From an uncultured Fibrobacteraceae bacterium (GTDB lineage: Bacteria; Krumholzibacteriota; Krumholzibacteriia; LZORAL124-64-63), in the NCBI GenBank assembly GCA_964461255.1, contig CAYWTR010000012.1, forward strand, positions 3,694 through 67,693: DNA of 64,000 nt, in the 5' to 3' direction. Under the pieces are notes generated by a model. The model was not told where the DNA came from. It was given only the letters and a program-made list of their open reading frames with translations, and did no database searches. The position numbers and the translations under genes are program-made. This document shows positions 40,769 to 49,763 of this stretch, piece by piece (the first letter of the stretch is position 1; every line of letters begins with the position of its first letter).

Positions 40769-42034
40769 ATGCTCAAGCGCAATCCCGATTCCAGGTTCCC
40801 GAGCCTGCTGGACCGTTTTCTCAAGTACGTCCGCATCCACACCGCCTCCAAGGAAGGCTCGGACACCTACCCGTCGACCGCCTGCCAGCTCGACCTGGCG
40901 CGCGAGCTCGTCGGGGAGCTCAAGGAACTCGGACTCGCCGACGCCGCCGTCGACGAGCACGGATACGTGACCGCCTCGCTGCCGGCCAATTTCCCCGGCG
41001 GGGAGAAGGTTCCGGTGATCGCCTTCATTTCGCACATGGACACCTACCCCGAGGTGCCGGGCGAGAACGTCAAGCCGCAGCTCCATCACGGCTACCGCGG
41101 CGGCGACATCGCGCTGCCGTCCGGCGTGGTGATCAAGGCGCAGGACAATCCCTATCTGGCCGAGTGCGTCGGCGAGACGATCATCACCTCCGACGGCACG
41201 ACGCTGCTCGGCGCGGACGACAAGGCCGGCATCGCCGAGATCATGGAGGCGCTGACCCGGATGGTCGAGAACCCGGAGTTCCGCCACGGCACGGTCAAGG
41301 TGGCCTTCACCCCCGACGAGGAGGTCGGCGCCGGGGTCAAGCATTTCGACGTGGCGAAATTCGGCGCCCTGGTGGCGTACACCATGGACGGCGGCCGCCG
41401 CGGTGAGATCGAGAACGAGACCTTCTGCGCGGACACGGCGATCGTGACCTTCACCGGCAAGGACATCCACCCCGGCTACGCCAAGGGCAAGATGATCCCC
41501 TCGATCAAGGTGGCCGGCGCCTTCCTGGCCTCGCTGCCGCGCGAGGGGGCGCCCGAGACCACGGCGGGGCGCGAGGGCTACATCCACCCCATCTCGATCG
41601 AGGGCAACACCAGCGCGACCAAGGTCAGCCTGCTGATCCGCGACTTCGACGTCGCGCAGCTCAAGCCCAAGGCCGAGGCCATCCGGCGCCACGCCGAGGA
41701 TGCCTGCCGCCGGTGGCCCGGCGCCTCGTTCCAGCTCGAGATCAAGGAATACTACCGGAACATGAAGTACGATCTCGAGAAGGAGCCGCGCGCGGTCGCC
41801 TACGCCATGGAGGCGATCCGCCGCGTGGGCATCGAGCCGCTGCTGGGCTCGATCCGGGGCGGCACGGACGGCTCGAACCTGAGCGCCCGCGGGCTGCCGA
41901 CGCCGAACATCTTCACCGGCGAGCAGAGCTTCCATAGCTACGGGGAGTGGATCTGCGCCAAGGACATGGAGCTGGCCACGCAGGCCATCCTGCAGACGGT
42001 GGCTGTCTGGACCGAAAAGAGCGCCGCGGCCTGA
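40769..42034 (+). CDS. pepT: Peptidase T (tripeptide aminopeptidase, M20B)
   Basis: 421 aa. GGGAGGAG SD. PepT N-terminus LLDRFLKYVRIHTASKEGSDTYPST; metal ligands in ISHMDT, GADDKAG and EEVGAGVKHF; C-terminal GGTDGS. Confidence 0.9.
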   Translation: MLKRNPDSRFPSLLDRFLKYVRIHTASKEGSDTYPSTACQLDLARELVGELKELGLADAAVDEHGYVTASLPANFPGGEKVPVIAFISHMDTYPEVPGENVKPQLHHGYRGGDIALPSGVVIKAQDNPYLAECVGETIITSDGTTLLGADDKAGIAEIMEALTRMVENPEFRHGTVKVAFTPDEEVGAGVKHFDVAKFGALVAYTMDGGRRGEIENETFCADTAIVTFTGKDIHPGYAKGKMIPSIKVAGAFLASLPREGAPETTAGREGYIHPISIEGNTSATKVSLLIRDFDVAQLKPKAEAIRRHAEDACRRWPGASFQLEIKEYYRNMKYDLEKEPRAVAYAMEAIRRVGIEPLLGSIRGGTDGSNLSARGLPTPNIFTGEQSFHSYGEWICAKDMELATQAILQTVAVWTEKSAAA

Positions 42035-42048
42035 GACCGCCGGCCCAC

Positions 42049-42087
42049 GACGCGGCCCGCTCGCCCCACGGCCGGGCGGGCCGCGTC
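42049..42087. terminator. Possible terminator hairpin after pepT (12-bp stem GACGCGGCCCGC/GCGGGCCGCGTC, 15-nt loop)
   Basis: Perfect 12-bp inverted repeat 15 nt after the pepT stop. Long loop and no U-tract, so weak. Confidence 0.3.
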
Positions 42088-42217
42088 GGCTGAGTGCGGC
42101 GCCGCGGCCGGAAAGATCACAGTAACGAAATCGAATTTAATGGAACTCCGGGCGCCGCCATGTGTTATGATCTGCCCGGACGGCGCGGGAGCAGGCCCGG
42201 CGAGGCAACAATCAATC

Positions 42218-42246
42218 TTGCACCCCGGCTGGCCTAAACCTATACT
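42218..42246 (+). promoter_or_regulatory. Sigma70-type promoter: TTGCAC-N17-TATACT
   Basis: -35 TTGCAC (42218-42223), 17-nt spacer, -10 TATACT (42241-42246), inside an AT-rich island ~100 nt upstream of the Cys-rich protein gene. Confidence 0.5.
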
Positions 42247-42348
42247 GTTGCTGTCCGATTTAGTTGGGCAAGCGCCACGGGCCGCGGGCCATCCCGATAC
42301 CCCGCCGCCGCAGCATGAATCTGGAACGTGCCTCGAAAGGACATGACG

Positions 42349-42927
42349 ATGAAGCGCATCCTGACTGGTTCCCTGCTGGTAGTCGCCATCTCCCTCCTGG
42401 CCGTGGTCGCGTTGACGGCGGGCGAACCAAACAGCGGCAGCTGCGGCAGCAAGCCGACCGCCGCCCAGGCCAGCGCCGCCAAGAGCTGCGACACGGCCAA
42501 GGCCGCCCATGCCAGCGACACGGAAAAGAGCGGTTGCAGCCATGGAGCAACGGTCAAGGCGGCGGCCGCCGAGCAGAGCGGCTGCACCGCGGCCAAGCCG
42601 GCCGCGCAGACCGCCGCCGCCGAGGGCAAGGGCTGCGATCCGGCCGCGTGCGCCGCCACGGCCAAGACGGCGGCCGCCACCGAAAAGAGCGGCTGCACGG
42701 CGGCCAAGCCGGCGACGCAGACCGCCGCCACCGAGGGCCAGAAGTGCGATCCGGCCGCGTGCGCCGAGAAAGCCAAGACCGCCGGTGTCGAGTTCGATTG
42801 CGATCCCGCCCTCTGCGCCGAGAAGGGTTGCGATCCGGCCAAGTGCCCCATCGCGACCGCCGCGGCGGCCAAGGCTGCCAAGGACGCGCCGGCCAAGACC
42901 GGCTCGGCCGACAAGGGAACCACCTAG
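42349..42927 (+). CDS. Secreted Cys-rich, Ala-rich tandem-repeat protein (13 Cys; CDPAxC repeats), putative metal-binding
   Basis: 192 aa. AAAGGA SD 7 nt upstream. Signal peptide MKRILTGSLLVVAISLLAVVALTAG. Repeats of EKSGC(T/S)AAKPAxQTAAxEGxxCDPAACAxxAKTA; closing CDPALCAEKGCDPAKCP. Own promoter and strong terminator. Confidence 0.65.
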   Translation: MKRILTGSLLVVAISLLAVVALTAGEPNSGSCGSKPTAAQASAAKSCDTAKAAHASDTEKSGCSHGATVKAAAAEQSGCTAAKPAAQTAAAEGKGCDPAACAATAKTAAATEKSGCTAAKPATQTAATEGQKCDPAACAEKAKTAGVEFDCDPALCAEKGCDPAKCPIATAAAAKAAKDAPAKTGSADKGTT

Positions 42928-43008
42928 CCAGCGCTGGCCGCTCGGGCCGAGCGATGGGCGCCGTCCGGCGCCGATCGCCCGCCCGGCGGCGAGCGGTGGG
43001 CAGAAGCT

Positions 43009-43044
43009 GGCGGCCCCGCTCCAGGGCGGGGCCGCCGCTTTTTT
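43009..43044 (+). terminator. Rho-independent terminator (GGCGGCCCCGC / GCGGGGCCGCC stem, then TTTTTT)
   Basis: 11-bp perfect GC stem, 6-nt loop, followed by GCTTTTTTC, 82 nt after the Cys-rich protein stop. Confidence 0.8.
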
Positions 43045-43108
43045 CGCCTATATCGGCCAGCCAGCCTTCTCATCGATGGCACTGCCCGAAATCGGTCAAG
43101 AATCGGCC

Positions 43109-43136
43109 TTGACAGGCGATATATTAATGATATCAT
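43109..43136 (+). promoter_or_regulatory. Sigma70-type promoter TTGACA-N16-TATCAT overlapping an imperfect palindrome TTAATGATATCATCAATAA
   Basis: Consensus -35 TTGACA at 43109-43114 and -10 TATCAT at 43131-43136 in an AT-rich island ~60 nt upstream of the SPFH gene. The GATATC-centred dyad is a possible operator. Confidence 0.45.
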
Positions 43137-43196
43137 CAATAAATCAAATCATGAAGCGACCACACGCCGGCGCGGAGATGACCTGGAGGTTGGCAC

Positions 43197-44063
43197 ATGA
43201 TCACAGAGCAGGTGCGCAAGGTGGCGTCGGGATGGCCTCACCTCTTCTTCAACCTCGCGGCCTACGCCGCGGGCATCTATCTGCTCGTGGCCGCGGCGCG
43301 TGGAGGGGGGTGGCAGGCGGGAACCGCGGGGGGGGGGCTGCTGATCGCGGCGCTGCTGCACACGTGCGGCTTCTTCATCGTCAATCCGAACGACGCGGCG
43401 GCGCTGCTGCTCTTCGGCGCCTATCGCGGCACCGTCAAGACCAACGGGTTCCACTGGGCCAATCCCTTCTACCGCAAGCTGCGCATCTCGCTGAAGGTGC
43501 GCAATCTCAACAGCGAGAAGCTGAAGGTCAACGACCTGGTCGGCAACCCGATCGAGATCGCGGCGGTGGTCGTCTGGCAGGTGCGCAACACGGCGCAGGC
43601 TCTGTTCGATGTGGACGACTACCTGAACTACGTGACCACGCAGAGCGAGGCCGCCATCCGTCACCTGGCCAGCTCCTACCCCTACGACGGCGGCGAAGAA
43701 GAGACCACGCTGCGCGGCACCACCGAGACGGTCAACGAGCATCTGCAGCGGGAGCTGCAGGAGCGCCTGGGACGCGCGGGCGTCGAGGTGGTCGAGGCGC
43801 GGCTCAGCCATCTGGCCTATGCGCCCGAGATCGCGCACGCCATGCTGCAGCGGCAGCAGGCCAGCGCCGTGATCGCGGCCCGGCAGAAGATCGTCGAGGG
43901 GGCCGTCGGCATGGTCGAGATGGCGCTGCACGAACTCAGCGCCAAGCAGACGGTGCAGCTGGACGAGGAACGTAAGGCGGCCATGGTGTCCAACCTGCTC
44001 GTGGTGCTGTGCAGCGAGCATGCCGCCCAACCCGTGCTCAACACCGGCACGCTGTACCAGTAG
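43197..44063 (+). CDS. SPFH/band-7 (stomatin/prohibitin-like) membrane protein
   Basis: 288 aa. GGAGG SD. N-terminal TM anchor; SPFH core ([31 protein letters not shown]); coiled-coil C-terminus. Confidence 0.8.
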   Translation: MITEQVRKVASGWPHLFFNLAAYAAGIYLLVAAARGGGWQAGTAGGGLLIAALLHTCGFFIVNPNDAAALLLFGAYRGTVKTNGFHWANPFYRKLRISLKVRNLNSEKLKVNDLVGNPIEIAAVVVWQVRNTAQALFDVDDYLNYVTTQSEAAIRHLASSYPYDGGEEETTLRGTTETVNEHLQRELQERLGRAGVEVVEARLSHLAYAPEIAHAMLQRQQASAVIAARQKIVEGAVGMVEMALHELSAKQTVQLDEERKAAMVSNLLVVLCSEHAAQPVLNTGTLYQ

Positions 44064-44084
44064 CGGGCGCGCGGGCCAGAAGCG

Positions 44085-44363
44085 ATGGCGGCAGAGAAGA
44101 AAGCCTTCCCGCTGCGCCTCAACCCGGAATTGTACGAGCAGCTCCGGCGCTGGGCCGATGACGAGCTGCGCAGCGTCAACGGCCAGATCGAGTTCATCCT
44201 GCGGCAGGCGGTCAGCCAGCGCGGGCGCGGCGGCGGGCAGCGGGCGGAACGCGAGAGCGGAGCGCGGGACACCGCGCCGGAACAGGAGCGGGCTGGGGGT
44301 CAGGCCGCGCCCCCGGACGGGACGCGGTCCGCTCCTCCGCCCGAGCCGGAGCCCGAGAGCTAG
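44085..44363 (+). CDS. Arc/MetJ-type ribbon-helix-helix DNA-binding protein
   Basis: 92 aa. N-terminus [39 protein letters not shown] matches the Arc-like RHH pattern (FxLRLP...L...A....RS.N..I). Disordered acidic/Pro tail. 22 nt after the SPFH gene. Confidence 0.6.
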   Translation: MAAEKKAFPLRLNPELYEQLRRWADDELRSVNGQIEFILRQAVSQRGRGGGQRAERESGARDTAPEQERAGGQAAPPDGTRSAPPPEPEPES

Positions 44364-46399
44364 CGGCCCAGGCGCTGCCTGACCCTTTCCAGCTCGCGCC
44401 GCGTCGGCCCGAACCGCGGGTCGAGGGCCACGGCCTGCTCCAGCAGCGCCGCGGCGTCCTCCCAGCGCTCCTGCTGCGCGTAGAGCGATGCCAGACCGCG
44501 CAGCGCGCGCAGATCCTGCGGGGACAGGGCCAGGGCCGTCAGGTACTCGGCGCGCGCTTCGTCGGGACGCCGCCGGCCGCTCAGGGCAGCCGCCAGCTCC
44601 ACGCGGGCGTCCGCGCTGACCGCGTCGCGGCGGACCGCCTCCTCGAGTTGGGACTGGGCCTCGTCCACGCGGCCGGCCAGGGCGAGCTGGCGCGCGTGCT
44701 GGATCCGCAGCGCGGTCTGGTCGGGGTGCTGCGCCAGCAGCTCGGCGCTGAAGGCCAGCAGCTGGTCCCCCTTCTCCTGCCGCCGCAGTGCCGTGGCGAG
44801 GTCGCGCCAGGGGTTCGGCGCTCCCGGCAGCGAGGCCACGACCTGCCGCAGCAGCGGTTCGGCCTCCGCCCAGCGCCGGGCGGCCAGCTCGCGGTGCGCG
44901 CGCGCGTACAGCTCGATCGCCGGCGCGAAGTCGGCGGGGTTGCCGCCGCCGCTCTCGAGCGATTCGCCGCGCGGACGGCCGCGGCGGTCGCCGGCCGCCT
45001 CCGGACCGGCCAGGTAGCCCAGCGAGCGCAGGCGCGCCACCTCCGCGGGCGACAGCTGCACCTGCTCCGGCGCCTCGGCGGGCGGCGGCGTCCGCTGCAG
45101 CAGATCGGCCAGCTGCCCGCGCAGCCTGTCGGCCCGCGCCGGCTCGGCTTCGGCCAGATTGCGCACCTCCCCCGGATCGGCGGCCAGATCGTACAGCTCC
45201 GGCCGCGGCGCGGCGATGTACTTCCAGTCGCCCTCGACCAACGCTCGCAGCGGCGACAGGGCGAAGACCTCCTGCGGGGCCATGGCCTCGCCGTAGGCGG
45301 GAGGCGGCGGGTCGCCGGCGCGACCGGCCAGCAGCGGGCGCAGGCTCTGGCCGTGCGTGAATGCCGGCGCCGGCCGACCGAGCAGATCGAGAATCGTAGG
45401 CGTCAGATCCACCGTCCGCACGCGTTCCGCGACCACGCTCCCCGCCCGCAGCGGCCGCGGCCCCCGCAAGAGCAGCGGCACCCGCAGGGTCGTCTCGTAG
45501 ACGAAATAGCCGTGCTCCGATTCGCCATGCTCGCCCAGCCCCTCGCCATGGTCGCCCACGATCACCAGCAGCGTGTTCTTCTCCAGGCCGAGCGTGCGCA
45601 GCTCGGCCAGCAGCCGCCCCACCTGGAGGTCCATGAAGGCGATCTCCTCCGCGTAGGCCGCCGGCGAATCCGGGGCGGCGCCGCGCCGCGAGACGTACGG
45701 GTGGTGGGGATCGTAGAAGTGCGTCCAGAGGAAGAAACCTCGCCGCGGCAGCGCGCGCAGCGCGGCCAGGGCGCGCTCGCAGACCCGGTCGGCCGGCAGT
45801 TCGGCCGCCGCCACGTTGCCGCCGCCGTGCGTGGGCACGTTGTGGTAGCGGTCGAAGCCCTGGGCCAGGCCGAAGCGGTCCGCCAGCACCGCCGAGGCGA
45901 CGACCGCTTCGGTGACGTAGCCGCCCTGCTTGAGCAGTTCGGCCAGGGTGGTCCATTCGTCGCCCAGCCGCTCGAAGCCGTTGCGCCGCACCTGGTGCGC
46001 GAAGGGGTAGACGCCGGTCATGATGGTGCAGTGCGCGGGCAGGGTGATGGGCGAGCAGGTGGTCGCGCGCGCGAATCGCACCCCGGCGCGCGCCACGCGA
46101 TCAAGGTTCGGCGTGGCCTCGGGGCCGGCGCCGTAGCAGCCCAGGTAGTCGGCCCGCGTCGTGTCCAGGGTGATCAGCAGCAGGTTCTCCGCGCGGCCCG
46201 CGGACAGCAGGCCGCCGCGCCAGACGCCGATGGCCATGGCCGCCAGCAGCGCGGCGCCCCCCAGCCACGGCAGCAGACGCCGCCGGGCGCTCGCCGGGCG
46301 CTCGCCGGGCGCGCGACCGACCGACGCCGCGCGCGGCGAGCTCGCCCCGCGCCTGGCATCGCCCGGCGCGCTCTTGCCATGGCCGCCGTCAGTTCTCAT
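44360..46399 (-). CDS. Sulfatase (alkaline-phosphatase superfamily) with C-terminal TPR repeats
   Basis: 679 aa. N-terminal TM anchor; sulfatase N-domain ([17 protein letters not shown]...; FGly-site-like CSPITLPAH; [14 protein letters not shown]); C-terminal ~200-aa TPR-like Ala/Leu repeats. Confidence 0.8.
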   Translation of the reverse strand: MRTDGGHGKSAPGDARRGASSPRAASVGRAPGERPASARRRLLPWLGGAALLAAMAIGVWRGGLLSAGRAENLLLITLDTTRADYLGCYGAGPEATPNLDRVARAGVRFARATTCSPITLPAHCTIMTGVYPFAHQVRRNGFERLGDEWTTLAELLKQGGYVTEAVVASAVLADRFGLAQGFDRYHNVPTHGGGNVAAAELPADRVCERALAALRALPRRGFFLWTHFYDPHHPYVSRRGAAPDSPAAYAEEIAFMDLQVGRLLAELRTLGLEKNTLLVIVGDHGEGLGEHGESEHGYFVYETTLRVPLLLRGPRPLRAGSVVAERVRTVDLTPTILDLLGRPAPAFTHGQSLRPLLAGRAGDPPPPAYGEAMAPQEVFALSPLRALVEGDWKYIAAPRPELYDLAADPGEVRNLAEAEPARADRLRGQLADLLQRTPPPAEAPEQVQLSPAEVARLRSLGYLAGPEAAGDRRGRPRGESLESGGGNPADFAPAIELYARAHRELAARRWAEAEPLLRQVVASLPGAPNPWRDLATALRRQEKGDQLLAFSAELLAQHPDQTALRIQHARQLALAGRVDEAQSQLEEAVRRDAVSADARVELAAALSGRRRPDEARAEYLTALALSPQDLRALRGLASLYAQQERWEDAAALLEQAVALDPRFGPTRRELERVRQRLGR

Positions 46400-47264
46400 C
46401 TCCGGACTCCGATCCCTCGCCGCCGACGTTGAATTCCATCCTGCCGCCGCCGCGCGCGGTCCACGCCAGCTCGAACGGGTTGCTGAGCGGCTCGTACGTC
46501 GCGGCCAGACGCTCGTGATGGGGTGCCATGGACGCAGCGATGGCCGGCGGCAATCCGTCCTGCCACGGCAAGCGCGCCGGATCGGCCTGCAGCGCGGCGA
46601 TTTCGGCGCGCAGGGAATCGACCCATGCGTTCCCCGCCCGCGGCGCCTCGCGCTCGACCGCTGCCAGCTGGTTGCGCAGCATCGACAGCAGCGCGCCGCG
46701 CAGCCGGGGCCGCATGTCGCGCAGGTGTTCGTCGTCGCCCACCTTCACGTCGCGCGGCCCGTCGCTGGCGGGGTGACCCAGATGCACGTGGTACGCCAGC
46801 GTGTAGATGTAGGCGTACTCGCCCAGTCCCATGTCGTGCGCGGCCAGCGCCTCGTTGCGCCGCTCCAGGAAATCGCCCATCAGGGGCGCCAGCGCCAGGC
46901 CGCCCCGCACCGCGTGCAAGACCGCGGCGAAATCGCGCCGTCCGCTCCGCTCGCGCTGCTGCAGCGCCTCGAAGCTGGCGAAAGTGCGCGCGAAGCGCTC
47001 GCGGTCGCTGGCCAGGGTGTCGCGCACGGCCAGGAAGGCCTCCATGCGGGAGGGCGGCACGGCGCCCGCAGGCGGCGGTGTGTACTGGCCCGGCTCGCCG
47101 AACCGCTCCTGCAGCGCCAGGCCGCGGTCCCCAGCCCCCTTGAAGGAGTCGGCCACGTCGCGGAAGAAATAGACGCCGCCGCCGATCAGCAGGGCGACGA
47201 GCAGGAGCGCCAGGCCGCAGCCGATGCCGCAGCCCAGCAGCCATTTCTGAGCGCTGCCGGCCAA
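46389..47264 (-). CDS. Membrane-anchored hypothetical protein
   Basis: 291 aa. TTG start at 47264 with GGGAGG SD 6 nt upstream. One N-terminal TM helix (LLGCGIGCGLALLLVALLIGGGVYFF); no family recognised. Overlaps the sulfatase start by 11 nt. Confidence 0.45.
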   Translation of the reverse strand: MAGSAQKWLLGCGIGCGLALLLVALLIGGGVYFFRDVADSFKGAGDRGLALQERFGEPGQYTPPPAGAVPPSRMEAFLAVRDTLASDRERFARTFASFEALQQRERSGRRDFAAVLHAVRGGLALAPLMGDFLERRNEALAAHDMGLGEYAYIYTLAYHVHLGHPASDGPRDVKVGDDEHLRDMRPRLRGALLSMLRNQLAAVEREAPRAGNAWVDSLRAEIAALQADPARLPWQDGLPPAIAASMAPHHERLAATYEPLSNPFELAWTARGGGRMEFNVGGEGSESGDEN

Positions 47265-47345
47265 GCGTGACCTCCCTCATGGGGATGGCGCGGCCTCAGC
47301 GGGCGCGCGCCGCCCTCTTGACCATAGCGGGCGGCCGGCGTGCCT

Positions 47346-48803
47346 TCAATCGAACTCCGGCCGCAGGTCGTATTCCCGCAGCTTGCGCCACAGCGTGGTG
47401 CGGTCGATGCCGAGCAGCCGTGCGGCCCGCGTGCGGTTCCAGCCCGTGCGGGCCAGCGCGGCCTGGATCAGCTCGCGCTCGGCCGGGCTGTGCGGCGGCG
47501 CGCCCGACAGCGGGCGGGCGGCGGCTCCCGCGGCGCCCGCCATCACTTCGGGCGGCAGATGCTCCGGGCGGATGGTCCGGCCCCGGCTGAGCACGACGGC
47601 GTGCTCGACGGCGTTCTCCAGCTCTCTGACATTGCCCGGCCAGAGGTGGTCCATGAGCGCGCGCAACGCCGCCGGCGAGACGACCTCCTCCGCCAGCGAC
47701 GGCGGCGGCGCGGCGGCAGGAGCAACGGGCTGGGCGGCGCCGGTCGGGGCGGCGCCGGTCGGGGCGGCGCCGGTCGGGACGGCGGCCCCCCGCAGCCTGG
47801 CGAGGAAATGGGCGACCAGCAGCGGGATGTCCTCGCGCCGCTGGCGAAGGGGCGGCAGCCACAGGCTCACGACCTTGATCCGGTAGTAGAAGTCCTCCCG
47901 CACGCGGCCCGAGGCCACCAGAGCCTCCAGATCGCGGTGCGTGGCCGAGATCACCCGCACGTCGACCGGCTGCGGCCGGTTGTCGCCCACCCGCTCGAAC
48001 ACCCGCTCCTGCAGCACCCGCAGCAGCTTGACCTGCACCGCGGGGCTGATGTCGCCGACCTCGTCCAGCAGCAGCGTCCCGCCGTGCGCCTCGGCGAACC
48101 GGCCGCGCCGGTCGGCCACGGCGCCGGTGAAGGCGCCGCGCACGTGCCCGAACAGCTCGCTCTCCAGCAACCCCTCCGACAGGGCCGAGCAGTTGACCTG
48201 GACGAACGGCCCCTCGGCGCGCGTGCTGGCGTAATGGATGGCCCGGGCGGCCAGCTCCTTGCCGGTGCCGGTCTCGCCTCGCAGCAGCACAGCGGCGGAG
48301 CTGGGGGCGACGTCCTCGATCAGACTGTAGAGCCGTTGCATGGCCTGGCTCTTGCCGACGATGCCGCCGAGGCGATAGCGGCCGCTGACCTGCTTGCGCA
48401 GCGTGGTCTCCTCGGTGACATCGCGCAGGATGACGGCCGCACCGGCCCGAGCGCCGTCGTCGCCGCGCAACGGCACGGTGCGCATGATCACCTGACCGAT
48501 GGCGCCGCCGGCCAGCTGGACCGCGGTCTGGAAGTCCAGGACGGCACGGCCGGTCCGCACCGTCTCCTCGATCACGTCGCGAGGGCAGCTGTGCGCGGGG
48601 AACAGGTCGCAGAGCGGCACGCCGGCGGCCGCGCCCTCCGCGCGCCCCAGCAGCGCCGCCGCCGCCCGGTTCAGCGAGACGATCCGCAGCGCCGCATCGA
48701 TCACAATGACCGCGTCCTGCAGCGCGTCGAAGATCGCCTGCACGCTCTCGGGCTGGAAACGGCAAAGCGGCAGCGCGGCGGCCGGCTGGTCATGTGAGCT
48801 CAT
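47346..48803 (-). CDS. Sigma-54-dependent transcriptional regulator with N-terminal PAS domain
   Basis: 485 aa. PAS-like N-terminus; Walker A GETGTGKE; GAFTGA; C-terminal HTH ([19 protein letters not shown]). [20 protein letters not shown] insert from a 15-nt tandem repeat. Confidence 0.85.
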   Translation of the reverse strand: MSSHDQPAAALPLCRFQPESVQAIFDALQDAVIVIDAALRIVSLNRAAAALLGRAEGAAAGVPLCDLFPAHSCPRDVIEETVRTGRAVLDFQTAVQLAGGAIGQVIMRTVPLRGDDGARAGAAVILRDVTEETTLRKQVSGRYRLGGIVGKSQAMQRLYSLIEDVAPSSAAVLLRGETGTGKELAARAIHYASTRAEGPFVQVNCSALSEGLLESELFGHVRGAFTGAVADRRGRFAEAHGGTLLLDEVGDISPAVQVKLLRVLQERVFERVGDNRPQPVDVRVISATHRDLEALVASGRVREDFYYRIKVVSLWLPPLRQRREDIPLLVAHFLARLRGAAVPTGAAPTGAAPTGAAQPVAPAAAPPPSLAEEVVSPAALRALMDHLWPGNVRELENAVEHAVVLSRGRTIRPEHLPPEVMAGAAGAAARPLSGAPPHSPAERELIQAALARTGWNRTRAARLLGIDRTTLWRKLREYDLRPEFD

Positions 48804-48811
48804 GTCAGGTT

Positions 48812-48990
48812 ATGCCGCGAAGATTGTGTCCGGACCGGCCGGGTGACGGACCGCGTTGGCGCACTTGGGCTTGCTATCGCGGCATAGATCCTCTGGCTCT
48901 TGCCCCATCTGACACCAACTTCCTGTCTCGAAATGGATTGGGAACTTACCCTTGCCGCCGGCATCCTGCCGGAAACAATCTTCGCGGCAC
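48812..48990. repeat. ~180-bp element with ~20-bp terminal inverted repeats (copy A), MITE-like
   Basis: Termini aTGCCGCGAAGATTGTGTCCGG ... CCGGAAACAATCTTCGCGGCAC are reverse complements. The whole element recurs reverse-complemented at 61297..61476 (~85% identity). It starts 9 nt upstream of the sigma54-regulator start codon. Confidence 0.7.
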
Positions 48991-49024
48991 AAGTCAAGTG
49001 ATGATAGGGCAGGAAATCGTTGTA

Positions 49025-49042
49025 TGCAACATTTATGTTGCA
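49025..49042. promoter_or_regulatory. Perfect palindrome TGCAACAT-TT-ATGTTGCA (candidate operator) in AT-rich island upstream of trxA
   Basis: 8-bp perfect inverted repeat with 2-nt spacer, in the divergent region between the sigma54-regulator gene and trxA. Confidence 0.3.
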
Positions 49043-49280
49043 ACGATTATGCTGCGCAGCCGCGTAAATTCTGGGTGGGGACAATGGGACCGCATTGGGT
49101 GACGGTGCCGATATGTATGTAAAGTATTTTAATTAATACAATTAAGAACCTATACAAGGTCGCGATGATTTCACGAAGAGATGGCATGCACTCTGCTATG
49201 GATGGCGGCGGATAGCTTTTCTGAACTCATGGCGCAACATACCGCAAGGTCGGCGCCGCCCAAGTTGAAAGGAGCGAGCG

Positions 49281-49607
49281 ATGTCGACGGCCCTCAAGGT
49301 GGAAGCCGGAACGTTCGAGCAGGAAGTCATCAAGAGCGACAAGCCGGTGCTTGTCGATTTCTGGGCCCCCTGGTGCGGCCCCTGCAAGATGCTCACCCCG
49401 ACCATCGAGGCTCTCGCGGCGGACTACGCGGGCAGGATCAAGGTGGCCAAGGTGAACGTGGACGACAACCAGGAGCTGGCGGTCCGCTTCGGCATCCGCG
49501 GCATTCCGACGGTCATGGTGTTCAAGGACGGCAAGGCCGTCGAGTCGCTGGTCGGCCTGCGCTCCAAGGAGGAGCTGGCCAAGGTCTTGGACAAGAATCT
49601 GGCCTGA
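49281..49607 (+). CDS. trxA: Thioredoxin
   Basis: 108 aa. AAAGGAG SD. Canonical WCGPC active site; full thioredoxin-1 architecture (VLVDFWAPWCGPCKM...VDDNQELA..FGIRGIPT). Confidence 0.9.
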   Translation: MSTALKVEAGTFEQEVIKSDKPVLVDFWAPWCGPCKMLTPTIEALAADYAGRIKVAKVNVDDNQELAVRFGIRGIPTVMVFKDGKAVESLVGLRSKEELAKVLDKNLA

Positions 49608-49650
49608 GTCGATCCGGTCCGGCCGACGGGCCACGCGGCGACGCGGCAGG

Positions 49651-49688
49651 GGCCGCCGGCGCAAGCGCCGGCGGCCTCGCTTGCTTCA
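49651..49688 (+). terminator. Terminator hairpin after trxA (12-bp stem GGCCGCCGGCGC/GCGCCGGCGGCC, AAG loop, TCGCTTGCTTC tail)
   Basis: Perfect 12-bp stem with 3-nt loop, 44 nt after the trxA stop, followed by a T-rich run. Confidence 0.6.
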
Positions 49689-49763
49689 CCGGCGGCAGCG
49701 ACCGATACTAGAAGGGCGCGGCGCCGCTGCGCGATGCGAGGTCCAGCCAGCCGAGGAGGTGCC

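Noticed and set aside
43063-43082. TGGCAC at 43065-43070 as a sigma54 -24 element upstream of the SPFH gene
   Set aside because: No TTGC at -12 spacing; a consensus sigma70 promoter lies just downstream.
49000-49060. Sigma54 promoter (TGGCAC-N5-TTGCA) upstream of trxA next to the sigma54 activator
   Set aside because: TTGCA occurrences lie inside the TGCAACAT palindrome, but no GG dinucleotide sits at the required 10-nt upstream spacing.
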